The translations under genes were made by a program, and so were the position numbers. From NCBI RefSeq assembly GCF_009914755.1, contig NC_060938.1: DNA of 64,000 nt. One strand, 5' to 3'. Origin of the DNA: the human T2T-CHM13v2.0 reference genome, Homo sapiens. Shown piece after piece: positions 41,783 through 56,337 of this stretch. Every line of letters begins with the position of its first letter. The first letter of the stretch is position 1. The notes beneath the pieces were generated by a model. It searched no databases. It was not told the DNA's origin and saw only the letters and a program-made list of their open reading frames with translations.

Positions 41783-42217
41783 TGCTGTAGTTTGGATATG
41801 GTTTGTTTGTCCCCACCAAATCTCTTGTTTGAATTTGATCCTCAATGTTGGAGGTGGGGCACAATGGAAGGTGTTTGGGTCAGGGGGTGAATCCCTCATG
41901 AACAGATTAATGCCCTCCCTCTGGGGCGAGTGAGTTCTCACTCTATTAGTTTCCATGACAGCTGGTTGTTGAAAAGAGCCTGGCACCTCACCTCTCTCTC
42001 TCTTGCTTCCTTTCTCTGCAAACCTGTGATCTCTGCACAAGTCAGTTTCCCTTCACCTTCCACCATGAGTAGAAACAGCCTGAGGCCTTCACCAGATGCA
42101 GATGCCCAATCTCAAACTTTTTCAGCCATCAGGACTGTGAGCCAAATAGTCCCTTTTTATTTACAAATTACCCATCCTCGGATATTCCTGCACAGCAATA
42201 CAAAATGGACCAAGACA
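41783..42217 (+). mobile_element. MSTB1-like solo LTR
   Basis: TGCTGTAGTTTGGATATGG...AAATGGACCAAGACA; perfect TSD ATGAA. Confidence 0.9.
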
Positions 42218-42472
42218 ATGAACTTGACAGTTGCTTAGGAATTTGTAGGCAAATTTGCATGAGTCCAAACATTTGGTGGGAGGTGAGGAACAAGAATCTG
42301 ACTCCTATCAGTAATTCATAGCTACTGAAACTTGTTGGGGAGAATTATGGTGGCTTAACTAAGTAGCAGTAAAATGTGATTGAGGCCCGTAAATAAAATC
42401 ACCATGAGGGTGGAAAAGAGCTGGGGTTAGCGGTTGACCCCTGCAATTGTGAACCTTCCCATAGAGACAGTA

Positions 42473-42900
42473 TGTCCCAGTTAGGATGCCTTTGCCTATG
42501 AATGACACAATACCCAGCTAAAATTGGCATAGGTAATAAGTATATTACTTTCCATGAGAAGCTCAGAGGCACAGTGGTTCCAGATTTGGTTCAGCAAACT
42601 AATATGCGCAATGAAGCCAGATCCTTCCAGTCTTTTCTCTCACCATTCTCAGCATGTTGACAACCTCTCCCCTCATTGTCTCATAATGGTGGCAGTAGTT
42701 CCAGGCATCACTTGGAGATTTGACCACATTCAATGTGTATGGAAAGTTGTTTTTCCTCCCATGCATTTCTTCTTACTAAGAAAAACCTTTTCCTGAAGCC
42801 CCTGATATATTTCCCATTGTTCTCTATCAGGTAGGATTATGTACTAGCAAGAGAGTAGGAAAGGGGAATGGCTTTTGGGTAGGCAACATCCATTATCTGC
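42473..42900 (-). mobile_element. Old MLT1 LTR (MLT1J/K/L-like)
   Basis: CAGTTAGGATGCCTTTG, ATAATGGTGGCAGTAGTTCCAGGCATCAC, CCTTTTCCTGAAGCCCC. Confidence 0.55.
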
Positions 42901-43085
42901 ACAAGTTGTTCTGGGTGATGCAGGGAATAGTAGAACTTCACCTGGTCCTTCAGGTGAAGGAGCTGTGTATTCAAGCATTGTAAATTGGGAGCCCCAGACA
43001 GATTTGACATGGAGCACCTTGGATGCATGTAGCAATGACTGGGAATGGGAATCAGGGACCAACCTCCTGAATGAGATAAAGGTCA

Positions 43086-43532
<447 letters not shown>

Positions 43533-45151
43533 TCATGCTGGTAAATGGGATGTTGAGATTACATTTTGATAGAAGAATGAAATTATCTAAGAGGACATGT
43601 TAGCAAGATAATATGGTAAGATAAACATTTTATATGAAATAAAAAAATAATAATTTGATTGGTAAATAAGGCAAAGAAAGCTAAAAGATTTTTTAAAAAA
43701 CAAGCTGAAACAATACCAGCAAATGCATACATGAAGAATAAAAAATAATTTGGCTAAAAGAAAATGTTAGAAGAATAAAAAGGATCAAATATAGTGATAC
43801 ACAAAGTCAATTAAATGTATACATTTGACACATTAAAAAAAAAAAAAAAATAGAAGAAACATTCCCCAAAATCTTGGGACTCATATAACTTTAGTTCATT
43901 ACCCTTCGTGTTGTGGTAATTAGAGAAGGCCAGCAAACATTTTTTTAAAAAATTTCTTACATAAGTCTGAAACCTAAGAAAGGATGTCCCCATAGCCTCT
44001 TGCTGAAGTTGGTTGTCTCTGGGCTTTTATATTTTTACCGTTCTGGAAAAAACTGCCAACTTTGGCCCAGCTCCAACTGTTCTTCCTTGCTGGCCCCAGT
44101 GGAAATGTGGTCACTGCCTTATTCCTGCTCAGGCAGACCAACCAGTCCACATTCAGTTCTTGCTATTTTAATAAAGCCATCATTTTTCAACAGAAAATTC
44201 ATAATTGAGCAAATCATATGCAAATCACATCCACACCTGGGGAATTCTGTTTAGTCCACAAAGGACAGCTACCCAATTTGCAAGCACAGCATCTAAATAA
44301 GGCTAAATCAAGAGTAATGGCACATGTCAAATTCCCAAATGATATGGTCATCTTCTCCCTGTGTTTCTTCTAGGACAACAGCACTCTGTAAATTTTTGAG
44401 GCTTAGCAACTCTGCTTTATTTTTAACTTTTCTTTGTTCAGTCTCCCCATATTAACCCCTTGCAAAAGCTTCTGTGGCCACACAATAATAGCAGATGCTG
44501 CTGTTGAGTGCAGGTTCAATCCTCTGTTTGAGTCCTAGATAGGTAATGAGTTATAGTTATTCCTGATAATGGATATTTTCTAAACTCTTAGCCTTGAAAC
44601 TTATAACCTTTAAATAAATATTAAGTGAAAGTAATACTTCTGTTACATAATATGTTAATTTTAAAAATTAGGAAATACAGATAATTATGAAGAAAAAATC
44701 AAAACCATTTTGTTAACATATTGAGATAGGACTTTTTTGGCTTTGTAATGTTGTGTGTGGAGGCACACTTTCATTTACTGTTTCAACATTCAACAGATAT
44801 TCATTTTGTGTGTTCCAAGCACTAGAAACTAGGTGTAAGGAATATAGCGCTGAAAAAAAGCCTCTTTTCGCAGGGAGCTTACTTTCTAGATTCTCTTCAC
44901 AAAAATGGAATCATTCCATACCTACAATTCTAAAGCCTGCTTTTATTCCATTTAAAGTATATTGCATGCATTATTATGCTAAGTATAGATCTATGCAGTA
45001 TTTTCAAATGACTGCTTAATAGTTCAGCATTTGCTCCATTATGAATCTAATTCCTTAATAATAAAGTTTCCAATGTGTTCTGTTATTATATTTATATTTT
45101 ATGTTTATATTTTGTGTTTATTTACTTATATAAACTTCACACTCCAGTGTT

Positions 45152-45452
45152 CTGTTTTGTTTTGTTTTTGAGACAGGGTCCTGCTCTGTCACCCAGGCTG
45201 GAGTGCAGTGGCAATATCGCAGCTTACTGCAGCCTCGAACTCCAGGGCTCAAATGATCCTCCCACCTCAGCCTCCTGAGTAATTGGAACCACAGGCGCAT
45301 GCCACCATGCCTGGCTAATTTTGTTTATTTTTTGTAGAGACAAGGTCTCACTGTGTTCCCCAGGTTGGTCTGTAACTCCTGGAATCAAGTGGTCCTCCCA
45401 CCTCAGCCTCCCAAAGTGCTCGGATTACAAGCATGAGCCACCGCGCCTGGCC
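45152..45452 (-). mobile_element. AluJo/Jr-like within L1ME 3' fragments
   Basis: GCAGCCTCGAACTCC..GCTCAAATGATCCTCCCACC; TSD core ACTCCAGTGTT. Confidence 0.92.
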
Positions 45453-45989
45453 CGTACTCCAGTGTTTTGAGTCCTAGCTCATATACTCCTTTCCAAGTGA
45501 ATATGTAGATCTACTTTACCATTATCTTTGTATTTCCTTGCATGGATAGTCCATTTTTAAAAAGCAGCTCCCAATTAATTGTTATCATAAACAGCAACAA
45601 ATATCCTTGTGCATGTACTTACACACATTTATGTGAATGTTCATTCCTTTATTTAAACACTTTAAAATTGAAATACATGCTTGGTATAAAAATTGTAAGT
45701 ACAGAAGTGTATTAAATGAAAAGTATAAGCTACATCCTATCCTTTCTTCCTACTCCCAGTTCAACTCCTTGGAAGTAAACCACAGATATTCTCTGTACAT
45801 TTATTTTTCATATGAATTTCTTCCACAGATCCCATATGTGCTACCTAGTGTGTTTGATCATATAGCATCCATGCCTTCTTCGAAACTGCACCCTGATTTT
45901 CAAGAATACCTATTCTTCCTGCACTAAATCTGCTCCAACTACTCCAGCTCCCTTATTCTTCGCACAGGTTAAAACAAATTAAAACTATT

Positions 45990-46392
45990 CCAGCTTGTGG
46001 GCCTGTTCACTTGCTGCTTCCATGGCCTTGAAAGCTTATCCTCAGATCCCCTTAGCTCCCTCTCTGAACATTTTAGGTTTTTGCTCAGTTTTTATCTTGT
46101 CAGTGCAGTATTCCATTACAACCCCATTTACCCCATTTAAAATGGCAGCCCCAGCCCCACGCCTCCCATCTCCCTTCTTGGTTCCACTTTTCTCTAGAGC
46201 ATTATTCGTCATCTGACATTCTGTTTTCCTTATCTGCACATTTGTTTATTATTTGAATTCACCCATTAGAATGTAAGCTTCATGAGGGTAGGAATTTTTG
46301 TCTCTTTTGTCCACTGTTATATTGTTCATGCTAGAACAGTTATTACAATATAATAAATAGGTGCTTAATGAATATTTAATAGATGAATAAAT
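45990..46392 (+). mobile_element. L2a 3' end
   Basis: CATTAGAATGTAAGCTTCATGAGGGTAGGAATTTTTGTC..TAGGTGCTTAATGAATATTT. Confidence 0.75.
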
Positions 46393-46399
46393 AGCAGTG

Positions 46400-46640
46400 A
46401 AGGGCACACATAAGTTGAGGGCTATTTAGACATTAGTTTGAGTCTCAGCTTCACTAAGGCTATAATGATAGCTCTGTGATCTTGGACACATTTCTTAATT
46501 TATCTAAGCTTCCATTTCTTCATCTGTAACAGAGGGTATTCAATTTAATTGTTTCATAGGGTGTTATGATTATCAACAGAGGTTCCATCAAGAAAAATGT
46601 TTAGGGCAGTACCTGGCACATAGCAAGCACTCAACAAAGC
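46400..46640 (+). mobile_element. MIR
   Basis: TAGCTCTGTGATCTTGGAC..TTTCTTCATCTGTAAC..CAGTACCTGGCACATAGCAAGCACTCAA. Confidence 0.75.
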
Positions 46641-46641
46641 A

Positions 46642-46805
46642 TTTCTTCCCCTTCCCCTCCTCCTCCTCCTCCTCCTTCTTCATCTCCTCCTGCTCCTCCT
46701 CCTCCTGCTCCTCCTCTTCTTCTTCCTCTTCTCCTCCTCCCTCCTCCCCCCTCCTCCCCCTCCTCCCCCTCTTCTCCTCCTCCTTCTTCTTCCTCCTCTT
46801 TCTCC
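46642..46805 (+). repeat. (CCT/CTT)n polypyrimidine tract
   Basis: About 160 nt of almost pure C/T. Confidence 0.92.
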
Positions 46806-47153
46806 ATTTTGTTATTATTATTACAAGATAAATAGCATAATCATGTTATTTTTTTTCCTTAGAGTTCCAAATTTTTGCATAGCACACAAAGCATGTGGAA
46901 CCTTTCATGTGCAACAAGCTTGACTCATGTCACCCTCCAGTGTATCCTAGCATTGCAATGCAGGTAACACTGCCAAATCAAAAGTGTCCTTCTGCTTTGC
47001 TCCACCAGAGTAATTTGCTACTAGGGCAGTCATTTGAATATGGGGACACTGTAGCCTCCTTCTACATGGTAGGGAATAGCCATAAAGATTGGTCCAAGTT
47101 TAGAGTTGCTCATGTTAATGAAAACCTGGAACCTGGGACAGCGCCAGCATTTC

Positions 47154-47489
47154 TATACTAGTATGTAAAGACATACCTGAGACTGGGAAAAAAGAGGTTT
47201 AATGGAATTACAGTTACACATGGCTGGGGAGGCCTCACAATCATGGCAGAAGGCAAGGAAGAGCAAGTCATGTCTTACATGGATGGCAGCAGGCAAAGAG
47301 AGAGAGCCTGTGCAGGAAAACTACCATTTTTAAAACGATCAGATCTCATGAGACTTATTCACCACCAATAGAACAGTATGGGAGAATAATTTAATTATCT
47401 CCCACTGGGTCCCTCCCACAACACGTGGTAATTATGGTAGTACAATTCAAGATGAGATTTGGGTAGAGACACAGAGCCAAACCATATCA
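47154..47489 (-). mobile_element. THE1A solo LTR with small deletions
   Basis: AAAGACATACCTGAGACTGGG..GGATGGCAGCAGGCAAAGAG..CCAAACCATATCA; TSD ATTTC/GTTTC. Confidence 0.88.
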
Positions 47490-47829
47490 GTTTCCTCGAC
47501 TGTTTAGTGATACACTCTTTTAGTTATATATACTCAAAATATATAACTATCCCATTCCTAGTTCACAGCAGCAAAGGACAAATTAGCAAAAGAAGAAACT
47601 CACTTAGTTTCTTGAAATTCAAGAAAAGAGGAAATGACCCATTCGTGTTTCTCACAGACTAATTCCCAGAAACTACTAGCCAAGACTCAGGCTCCAAGTT
47701 TAGGCATTACCATATTTTTCATTCACTCAACAAAGTTTTTTAAATAAACTCTATGGGGAAGTTACCATAAAATATGCCATGAAGACTCTTTCTGCCTAAA
47801 GATAATTGTTACTAGTTATAAAAGTCATA

Positions 47830-48010
47830 AAAGCTGTTTATTGAGAAATTATTGTTTCAGGCATTCTAAGCAGGAATTTAAAATGATTGGGGTGTAGCAG
47901 ATATGATGAAATCTACATTACAGATAAGAAAACTGAGGTTCAAAGAAGTTACCTATGCAAGGTCACAAGATAGATTGTGACTGAGCCAAGAGTCAAACCC
48001 AATGCTGAAA
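47830..48010 (-). mobile_element. MIR fragment
   Basis: TTACAGATAAGAAAACTGAGGTTCAAAGAAGTTA..CAAGGTCACA. Confidence 0.65.
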
Positions 48011-48441
48011 AACTCGAAAGCCCGCAATTTTTGCAACATTTTATATTGCTTCTGAATATTTTAATCTAGAGGGGAAAAATATAAAAGCTTATCAATAATA
48101 TAAATTATATGTAAGTTATTCAATTGCATCCAAGAAGCATTTATTGAGGATATAAAGCACTATTATGCATTTGAAGGAGGTATAAAGTCTTGAATAAGAT
48201 AGTCTACCCAGATCTTCTTTAGGGGATTGTACTCTAATATAGTACAAATAAGTGCTATAACTGAGTTAGCAGAGAACCTTATTTCTCATTAAAGAAGATC
48301 AGAGAATGTATCACAGATAATGTAAGTTAGCCACTTCTGGAAGGTTATAAGAGTATTTCAGCAAGTGGAGAAGGGTGGAAAGAACACAGCTAAGCACAGA
48401 TACTTGGTGTGATATTGAGCATGAGTGAGTAGTCTGAAGGG

Positions 48442-48465
48442 GCAATTACTTTTGCGCCAACCTAA
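48442..48465. mobile_element. Solo Hsmar1/MADE1 terminal inverted repeat
   Basis: GCAATTACTTTTGCGCCAACCTAA, 23/24 to the MADE1 TIR. Confidence 0.75.
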
Positions 48466-49051
48466 AAGAGCTATAAAGAGATTCACTGGCTATAGGAGGC
48501 AAGCCACATCTTTGCCAGGAAAAGGGTCATGGGACACTGTAGACCAGGAAGGTTGAGCTGGATGATATCACAGCAAAAATGCAGCAATTCAGGAAAATCT
48601 GGATGCAGAAGGATTGTGAATCACAGGCTTGGAGTTGCTGGGCCACACGAACTGGAGAGATGTGGTAATAATGGGGAGACGACTGTGTGTAGAACTAGCC
48701 ATTCTCAAGGTTCCAGATGGAACTGTGGAATGGTGATAGGATCATTTCAACAGGCTCAAAATGTCCATTTCTGACCAGCTGTACCATGGGTTTGAATCAT
48801 CAAAACCTTCAGTCTTGCAGTAGGATTACTTTGAAATGGCTTCACTAGAGTGGGGGCCTGGTCTTTGTTGACAGGAATGGTGTGGAGCAGCCTTAGGTTA
48901 ATGGTATGACTACTGAAAAGTAAACCCTCAAATGCTGGTGTTTTCCCAGTGTAGTGTCTTAGCCCCAACAGATCAACAAAGACCTTCTTGTAGAATATTG
49001 CCAAAAAAGATGCTTTTGTTTTGAATGCTCTTCTAATGGTTCCTGAAAGTA

Positions 49052-49165
49052 TTAGGTTCGTGCAAAAGTAACTGCGGGTTGTGAGGTTTTTTATTGTTGT
49101 TTTTTGTGTTTTTTTGGCCATTAAAAGTAATGGCAAAAACCGCAATTACTTTTGCACCAACCTAG
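49052..49165. mobile_element. MADE1 (Hsmar1 MITE) with an internal T/G-rich expansion of about 35 nt
   Basis: TTAGGTTCGTGCAAAAGTAACTGCGG...CCGCAATTACTTTTGCACCAACCTAG, flanked by TA on both sides. Confidence 0.9.
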
Positions 49166-49522
49166 TATTTGATTGTTCCCTAATTCAAAGTGTTTTATTG
49201 ATGCCAGAGGAACCTAAGAAATACTCTGGGGGGTTTAACGCAGGTATCTATTGTTTTTTCAGTTACAAGACTTACTGTTAGTTTAAACCTTGACATAGAA
49301 GATAATAGATAAAAGCATACTATTATTCTGGTAGAAACTAAAATGGCTGCTCAGGTGAGGCTGTACTGTTTTTCTGTTATTCTGAATTGACTGGTAGTTT
49401 GATTAAATGTATTATTTTACACTGAAAATGTACACCAATAACTATGGCTATAACATGTTTAATTGTATAATTTACTATGGGTGGATTTTAGTTATTGAAA
49501 GGATATTGCTTTTAAAATGTGC

Positions 49523-49793
49523 TTTTTTTTTTTTTTGAAACAAAGTCTCACTCTATTGCTCAGGCTGGAGTGCAGTGAGTGGCACAGTCTTGGCTCACTG
49601 TAACCTCTGCCTCCTGGGTTTAAGTAATTTTCCTGCCTCTGCAACCCAAGTAGCTGGATTACAGGCATGGGCCACAATGCCTGGCTAATTTTTGTATTTT
49701 TAGTAGAGATGGGGTTTCACCATGTTGGCCAGCCTGGTCTCAAGTGATCGCCCGCCTCAGCCTCTTAAAGTGTTGGGATTGGGATCACAGGTG
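49523..49793 (-). mobile_element. AluS, lacking about 20 nt of its 5' end
   Basis: Poly(T) tail followed by an antisense Alu ending ACAGGTG. Confidence 0.9.
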
Positions 49794-49797
49794 TTAA

Positions 49798-50045
<248 letters not shown>

Positions 50046-50632
50046 AAAATGTGCTTGTTCTTGTAATGATGTCTTAAGGTTCTGAATATCACATACAACA
50101 TAAAACCATGTGTTTTCACTCTTAAAATCCCCACTGGGAAAGAAAGTTCACCTGAGTGCTGCTGAGATTTGCTCCATTCTCTAAAGTGGAAGAGGCTGTG
50201 AGGAGGCAGAGTCGAGTTGAGAGCACTACTACTTTCAAGTCGGGAATCCCTGCCTCAAAGCGTTGCCCCAGAGCCATATGACACACACAAGCTGTTCACC
50301 TTTCTTAATGTTAGAACCTGGCCTCCTCAAGAGAAGAATCTTGTTAATCATACCAACAACTATTTTGTTCTTTCTGCCTCACGCTTTGCAAGGCAAAGGG
50401 GTGCAGGAATTGGAAGGCAGAGTGGATACTCCTCTTCCTTCTCCTGCTACTACTACTATTGCTACTGCTGCAAACGCTACCAGTTCTTTGGCTGCTAGCT
50501 AAGATTTATTGGGCATTTTCTATTTGCTATACCTTACTCTAAGCATTCAAATATATCAATTCAATCTTTATAGTAACTCTTCCAAGTAGCTATTTTTAAT
50601 CTCCATTTTACAGGTGATGATCTGAAACACAG

Positions 50633-50990
50633 TGATATGGGTAGGCTTTGTTTTCTCACCCAAATCTCATCTTCAATTGTAATCCCCAGGTGTTGTGGGA
50701 GGGACCAGGTGGGAGATGATTGGATCATGGGGGCAGTTTTCCCCATACTGTTCTCGTGATAGTGAGGGAGTTCTCATGAGATCTGATAGTTTTATACATG
50801 GCAGTTTCCCCTGGGCCTTTTTCTCTCTCCCGCCACCTTGTGAAGAAGATGCCTTCCTTTCTGGCATGATTGGAAGTTTCCTGAGACCTCCCCAGCCATG
50901 CAGAACTGTGAGTCTATTAAACCTCCTTTCTTTATAAATTACCCAGTCTCGGATAGTGTCTTTATAGCAGTGTGAAAACAGACTAATCCA
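50633..50990 (+). mobile_element. THE1D-like solo LTR inserted in an antisense MIR (about 50500-51050)
   Basis: TGATATGG...GACTAATCCA; TSD CACAG/CGCAG; MIR core on both sides. Confidence 0.88.
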
Positions 50991-53189
50991 CGCAGCAAGG
51001 ATACATAACTGGCCTGAGTTTACACCACTAGTAACTGGTAGAGTTTGGTCTAACTTAATCTACTTTATCAGAAAATGAAAGCATTAACATGTACTCTTTT
51101 AAAAATATTTGTTGACATACTCCAACATGTAACTCCGTGATAAAATTTCTTCCACGGAGGCTGAATAAACAACTGAGCCACTTGGCCAGCTTTGACCCTC
51201 CAATATATTTCTATCTACAAAAATAGCACAGTTTATCATCTTTTTAAGAATAGGAGGTTTATAGTTAGAGGGAAAGTGGAGTCATTTTTCTGCTTCCATG
51301 ACTAGGAATTGGTCTCTTTTGTATAGTTGTCTAAAGGTATGTTAATAAATATGAGGGAATTCACATTGCCTATCTGAAAATTTTGTTTTGCTTTGTCGTA
51401 TTGGGTTTCTTTTGGGAGGACATAAAGTGATGCGAATTCTTCTGACCCTCATTCCAGGGTATAAGAAAGAGATAAATCCACAAAGGCATACTAATAATTG
51501 CCTACATAGTATATCTGCTTGGGGCAATGATATTTTGAGCCTTGGAGAAAGACTCTGAGGTACAGCAGTGACAGTTGGCCATTAATACAAAAATTGATTT
51601 TCTGAAAAAACTTTCTAATATGATCTGAGAAGATGTCAGACTTTTTCTGCAAGTAAGAGATTAAGATATGGTTATTGTCAGAGTCATAAGACTGCTATCC
51701 ATGTAGAAAAGTTGTTTGGTGTAAAAATTCCATGAAATAAATTCCTTCATTGAGGTTCAATACAGTTTATCAAAACAGGACATTTTGTTTCAGCTGTGAA
51801 CCAGATAGGAAAGACTAGAGTAAGAGCAAGGAAATCATGCAGACTGGGAAGAAAGATGAAGGTAGCATGTGAGAAGAAAGTAGAAGGAGGCAAAAATCAG
51901 AGAAGGAACAAATTGCAATCCAATCACTAGATGAGTATAAAAACTAAAAATATTCTGATTGATGTGATCCTGAGAAGTTTCTTTTACCATTGTTCCTTAC
52001 AAAATTCAAAAAGGTGTTCTGAAAAGAAGATAATTTGGCAGAAAATATGGCTTATTTTTCTTCCTCTTTTTTCAAAGATTGTGATGTTCTGAATTGTGGA
52101 CACATTGCCTTAAGCCTTTTCTTATGGTATTTTTTGTGATACAGCGAATGTAATTCTAATGAAATTATTGTTATTACTCTTTTCCTTTAGGGTTTATACA
52201 ACTTATGCCATCCATTCGCCAACTTTGATGTCATGAGACATTTCCTTAAATGTTCTTATAAAAGTTTTACAATTTTGCGTTTTTTACATTTAAATCATTT
52301 TAATCCATCTAAATTGTGCGTGTGTGCATGCATGTGTGCATGCATGTAAAGCAGGATCTAATTTTACATATTGTTCCATATGGAGAGCCAATTGTTCCAG
52401 AACAATTTATTGAATAATTATTTCCTTATTCATTTTTAATGTTATCTTTGTCATATTTCAGGTTCTTATATGTACATAAATCTGTTTTTGGACTTTTGAT
52501 TCTGTTCTGTTTGAATTACAATAGCCTTGGAATAAGTCGTGAAATAAATGTTTTTACGCTTTTGTATGAATTTCATGATCAAATTCATACAAATGAATCA
52601 AATTCCATGATATACTCTGCTGAAGTTTTAATAGAAATGTCTTTGAATTTGAAGATAATTATTATATGATGATATTGTATTTTTAAACACAAATGAGGTA
52701 CTTCCCTATTTAGGGCCTCATCTATGTTTTTCTAAGTTTTTCAATAAGGATTTATAATTTTTTCCGTTAACATGTTTGTACATATTTTGTCATCTTTGTT
52801 TGTAGGTGACATATAGTTTTGTTGCTATTATGGATGACATCACCACCATCATTATAATAATTACTAGCGTAATATTATTACATATTCTGATTGATTTACT
52901 AATTGTCACATTACCACCAATTTGAAGTTTGTGTAGTCTCGCATATTTTCTAAGTAACAATTATGTTTTCTGTGAATAATTGTTTTTCTTTTCTAATTTT
53001 ATTGGAGGTTTGATGGGGGTAATGATATTTATTATTTTACTCTTTATTCTATCTCTAATTTTTGAATTTTTAAAAATCAACCTTGAGGTATAATTTTTAT
53101 AAAATGAAATCCACTCACATAAAGTATACAGTTTAATGAGTTTTCCAAATGTATACACCAATGTAAAAACCATCAAAATCAAGCTATAG

Positions 53190-53771
<582 letters not shown>

Positions 53772-53866
53772 TAGTATTCTATTGTATATCTATACCAAAA
53801 TTCCATTTATACAAATTGGTGAACTTTGAGTTGCTTCCAGATTCGGGCTATCACAAATATTTTTAA

Positions 53867-54211
<345 letters not shown>

Positions 54212-55981
54212 TAGGAGTGAAATTGATATGTGAAATACTAAGTGTGTGTATAACTCTATAAGAAACAGCCAGAATGGTTTTTCAGAGTGGTTGTATAATT
54301 TCACACTCCCATCAACAATATGTCAGAGTTCCAGTTGCTCTGCATCTCCACTGAAATTTTATGTTGTTAGGTGTTGCATTTTAACTGATCTAATGATGTT
54401 ATCTCATTGTGATTTTAATTTGCATTTCTTAGATGACTAATTATGTTAAGCATTTTTATGAGTTTATTGGCCATCTTATATCATCTCCTGTGAATTGTTT
54501 GTTCAAATATCTCCCGTTTTTTTATTTGACTTCTTAATGCTGTTACATGTCCTTTTTATATAGTTTATTATTTATGTTTATTTATATATTTCAAGTTAGT
54601 TTTGGTGAATTGTATGAGTAATCAAAATTTATTGTTCTTGTTGTTTTTAATATGAATATCCTGTGGTTTGTTGTTTCAGAATCATGTTTTTAAAAGACTA
54701 TATCTTTTTATGGTTGCGTAGTGTTCAAAATGTACAGGATATAATCCCAAACTATTCAGCATATGAAGGACCACAAACATCTCAACTGATGATGAGTTCT
54801 CCCAGGTTTTGTGTGTCTGAAAAAGCTTTTGTTTTGCCTTTTTTTAAAATGATATTTTCATTGCATATTTAATTCCGGTCTGGCACCTTAAAGATGTTGT
54901 TCCATTGTCTTCTGGTTTGCATTACTTATGACAGGAAGCCTGTTTTTATATATATATATATTTCTTGCCCTTTACATACTGTGTCTTTTTTTCCTCTGGC
55001 TACATTTTAGACAGCTGGTTTTTAGCAATCTGATTATGCTGTGTACGTGTTTTTTGTGTAGAAGGATGTTGGTGTATGTGTGTGTGCATATGTGTGTGTG
55101 TGTCTGTTCATCCTGCTTGTGGTTCATTGAGTTTCTTGAAACTAGGTTTATAGTTTATATAAAATTGGAAAAATTTCAGTCATTACTCTGCCCTTATTTC
55201 ATCAAATCTAAAATTTTTCAGTCATTATTCTATACCCTACTTTTTCCCAATACACATACTTAATACGTTCTGTATTTGACTGCGACTCTGATTTTGAGGG
55301 GTGTTTTGTTTCTCTGTATGCATACATTTGGCTAAAATCTGCTATGTGTTTATATTTATGAATTTTTTCTTCTGCTTCCAATCCCATCTAGTGAAATATT
55401 CTTTTCTATTGTATTTTTCATCTTTGAATTTCCATTTGGTTATACTTTTTAAGTATTCTATTTCCCCCCTTGTTATGTTAATGCTTCTTATATCATTTAG
55501 GTAGTTATAACAGCTCTTTTACGATTCTTGTCTGCTAGTTCCATTACTTTGTTATTTATGGGTCTGTTTCTATTGAATGATTTTTCTCCTGATCATTGGT
55601 TATATTTTCCTGCTTCTTTGTATATCTCATATTTTTTAATTGGATAATGAGTATTGTAAATTTTATATTTTAGAGTGCTTGGGTTTATGATGTTTCTTTA
55701 GATTCCTTGGACTTTCTCTGGCAGGCAATTTGTTACTTAAATATTACTTTCATTTTTTTCAAGATTTGTCTTTAAGCTCATTTCAGGCTTAAAGTAGCCA
55801 ATATTTTTCTGGGGCTAATTTTGCTGTGCTTCTCAGTCATGGCCTTTCTTGATTCTCTACTGAATTTCCTCAGCATAGAATATAGTCTCTTTAGCTGAAA
55901 AAGCTCAATTTCCAACCCTGTGTGAGCTTTAGGAACAGTTCAGTATATAGGCCCCAGTTATTATTCTTTCCCAATACATTC

Positions 55982-56325
55982 GTTGTCTGTTACAGCATAA
56001 CCATATTTCCACAAATTTAGTAGCTCAAAACACATTTATTATCTCGGTTTCTGTGGGTCAGAAGTTTGAGTACAACTTAGCGAGGTCCTCTGCAAGACAG
56101 CAATCAAGGTGTCAGACAGGAGCGTGGTTTCATCTGAGGAAAAATCTCCTTGCCAACTCACATGGCCTTGAGCAGCATTCAGTTTCCTTGCAAGTGGCCA
56201 GACCAGTGACAATAGTTGCTCACTGGCTGTCAGCCAGAGGTTATCTCCCGGTCCCTGTTGCATCACCAGTAGGCAGTTCACAATATGGCAGCTTACTTCT
56301 TCAAAGCCAGCAAGGTAGAGACTGC
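55982..56325 (-). mobile_element. MLT1E-like LTR fragment
   Basis: CCACAAATTTAGTAGCTCAAAACACATTTATTATCTC..CTGTGGGTCAG..GCAGTTCACAATATGGCAGCTTACTTCTTCAAAGCCAGC. Confidence 0.72.
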
Positions 56326-56337
56326 GTGATCTCTACC

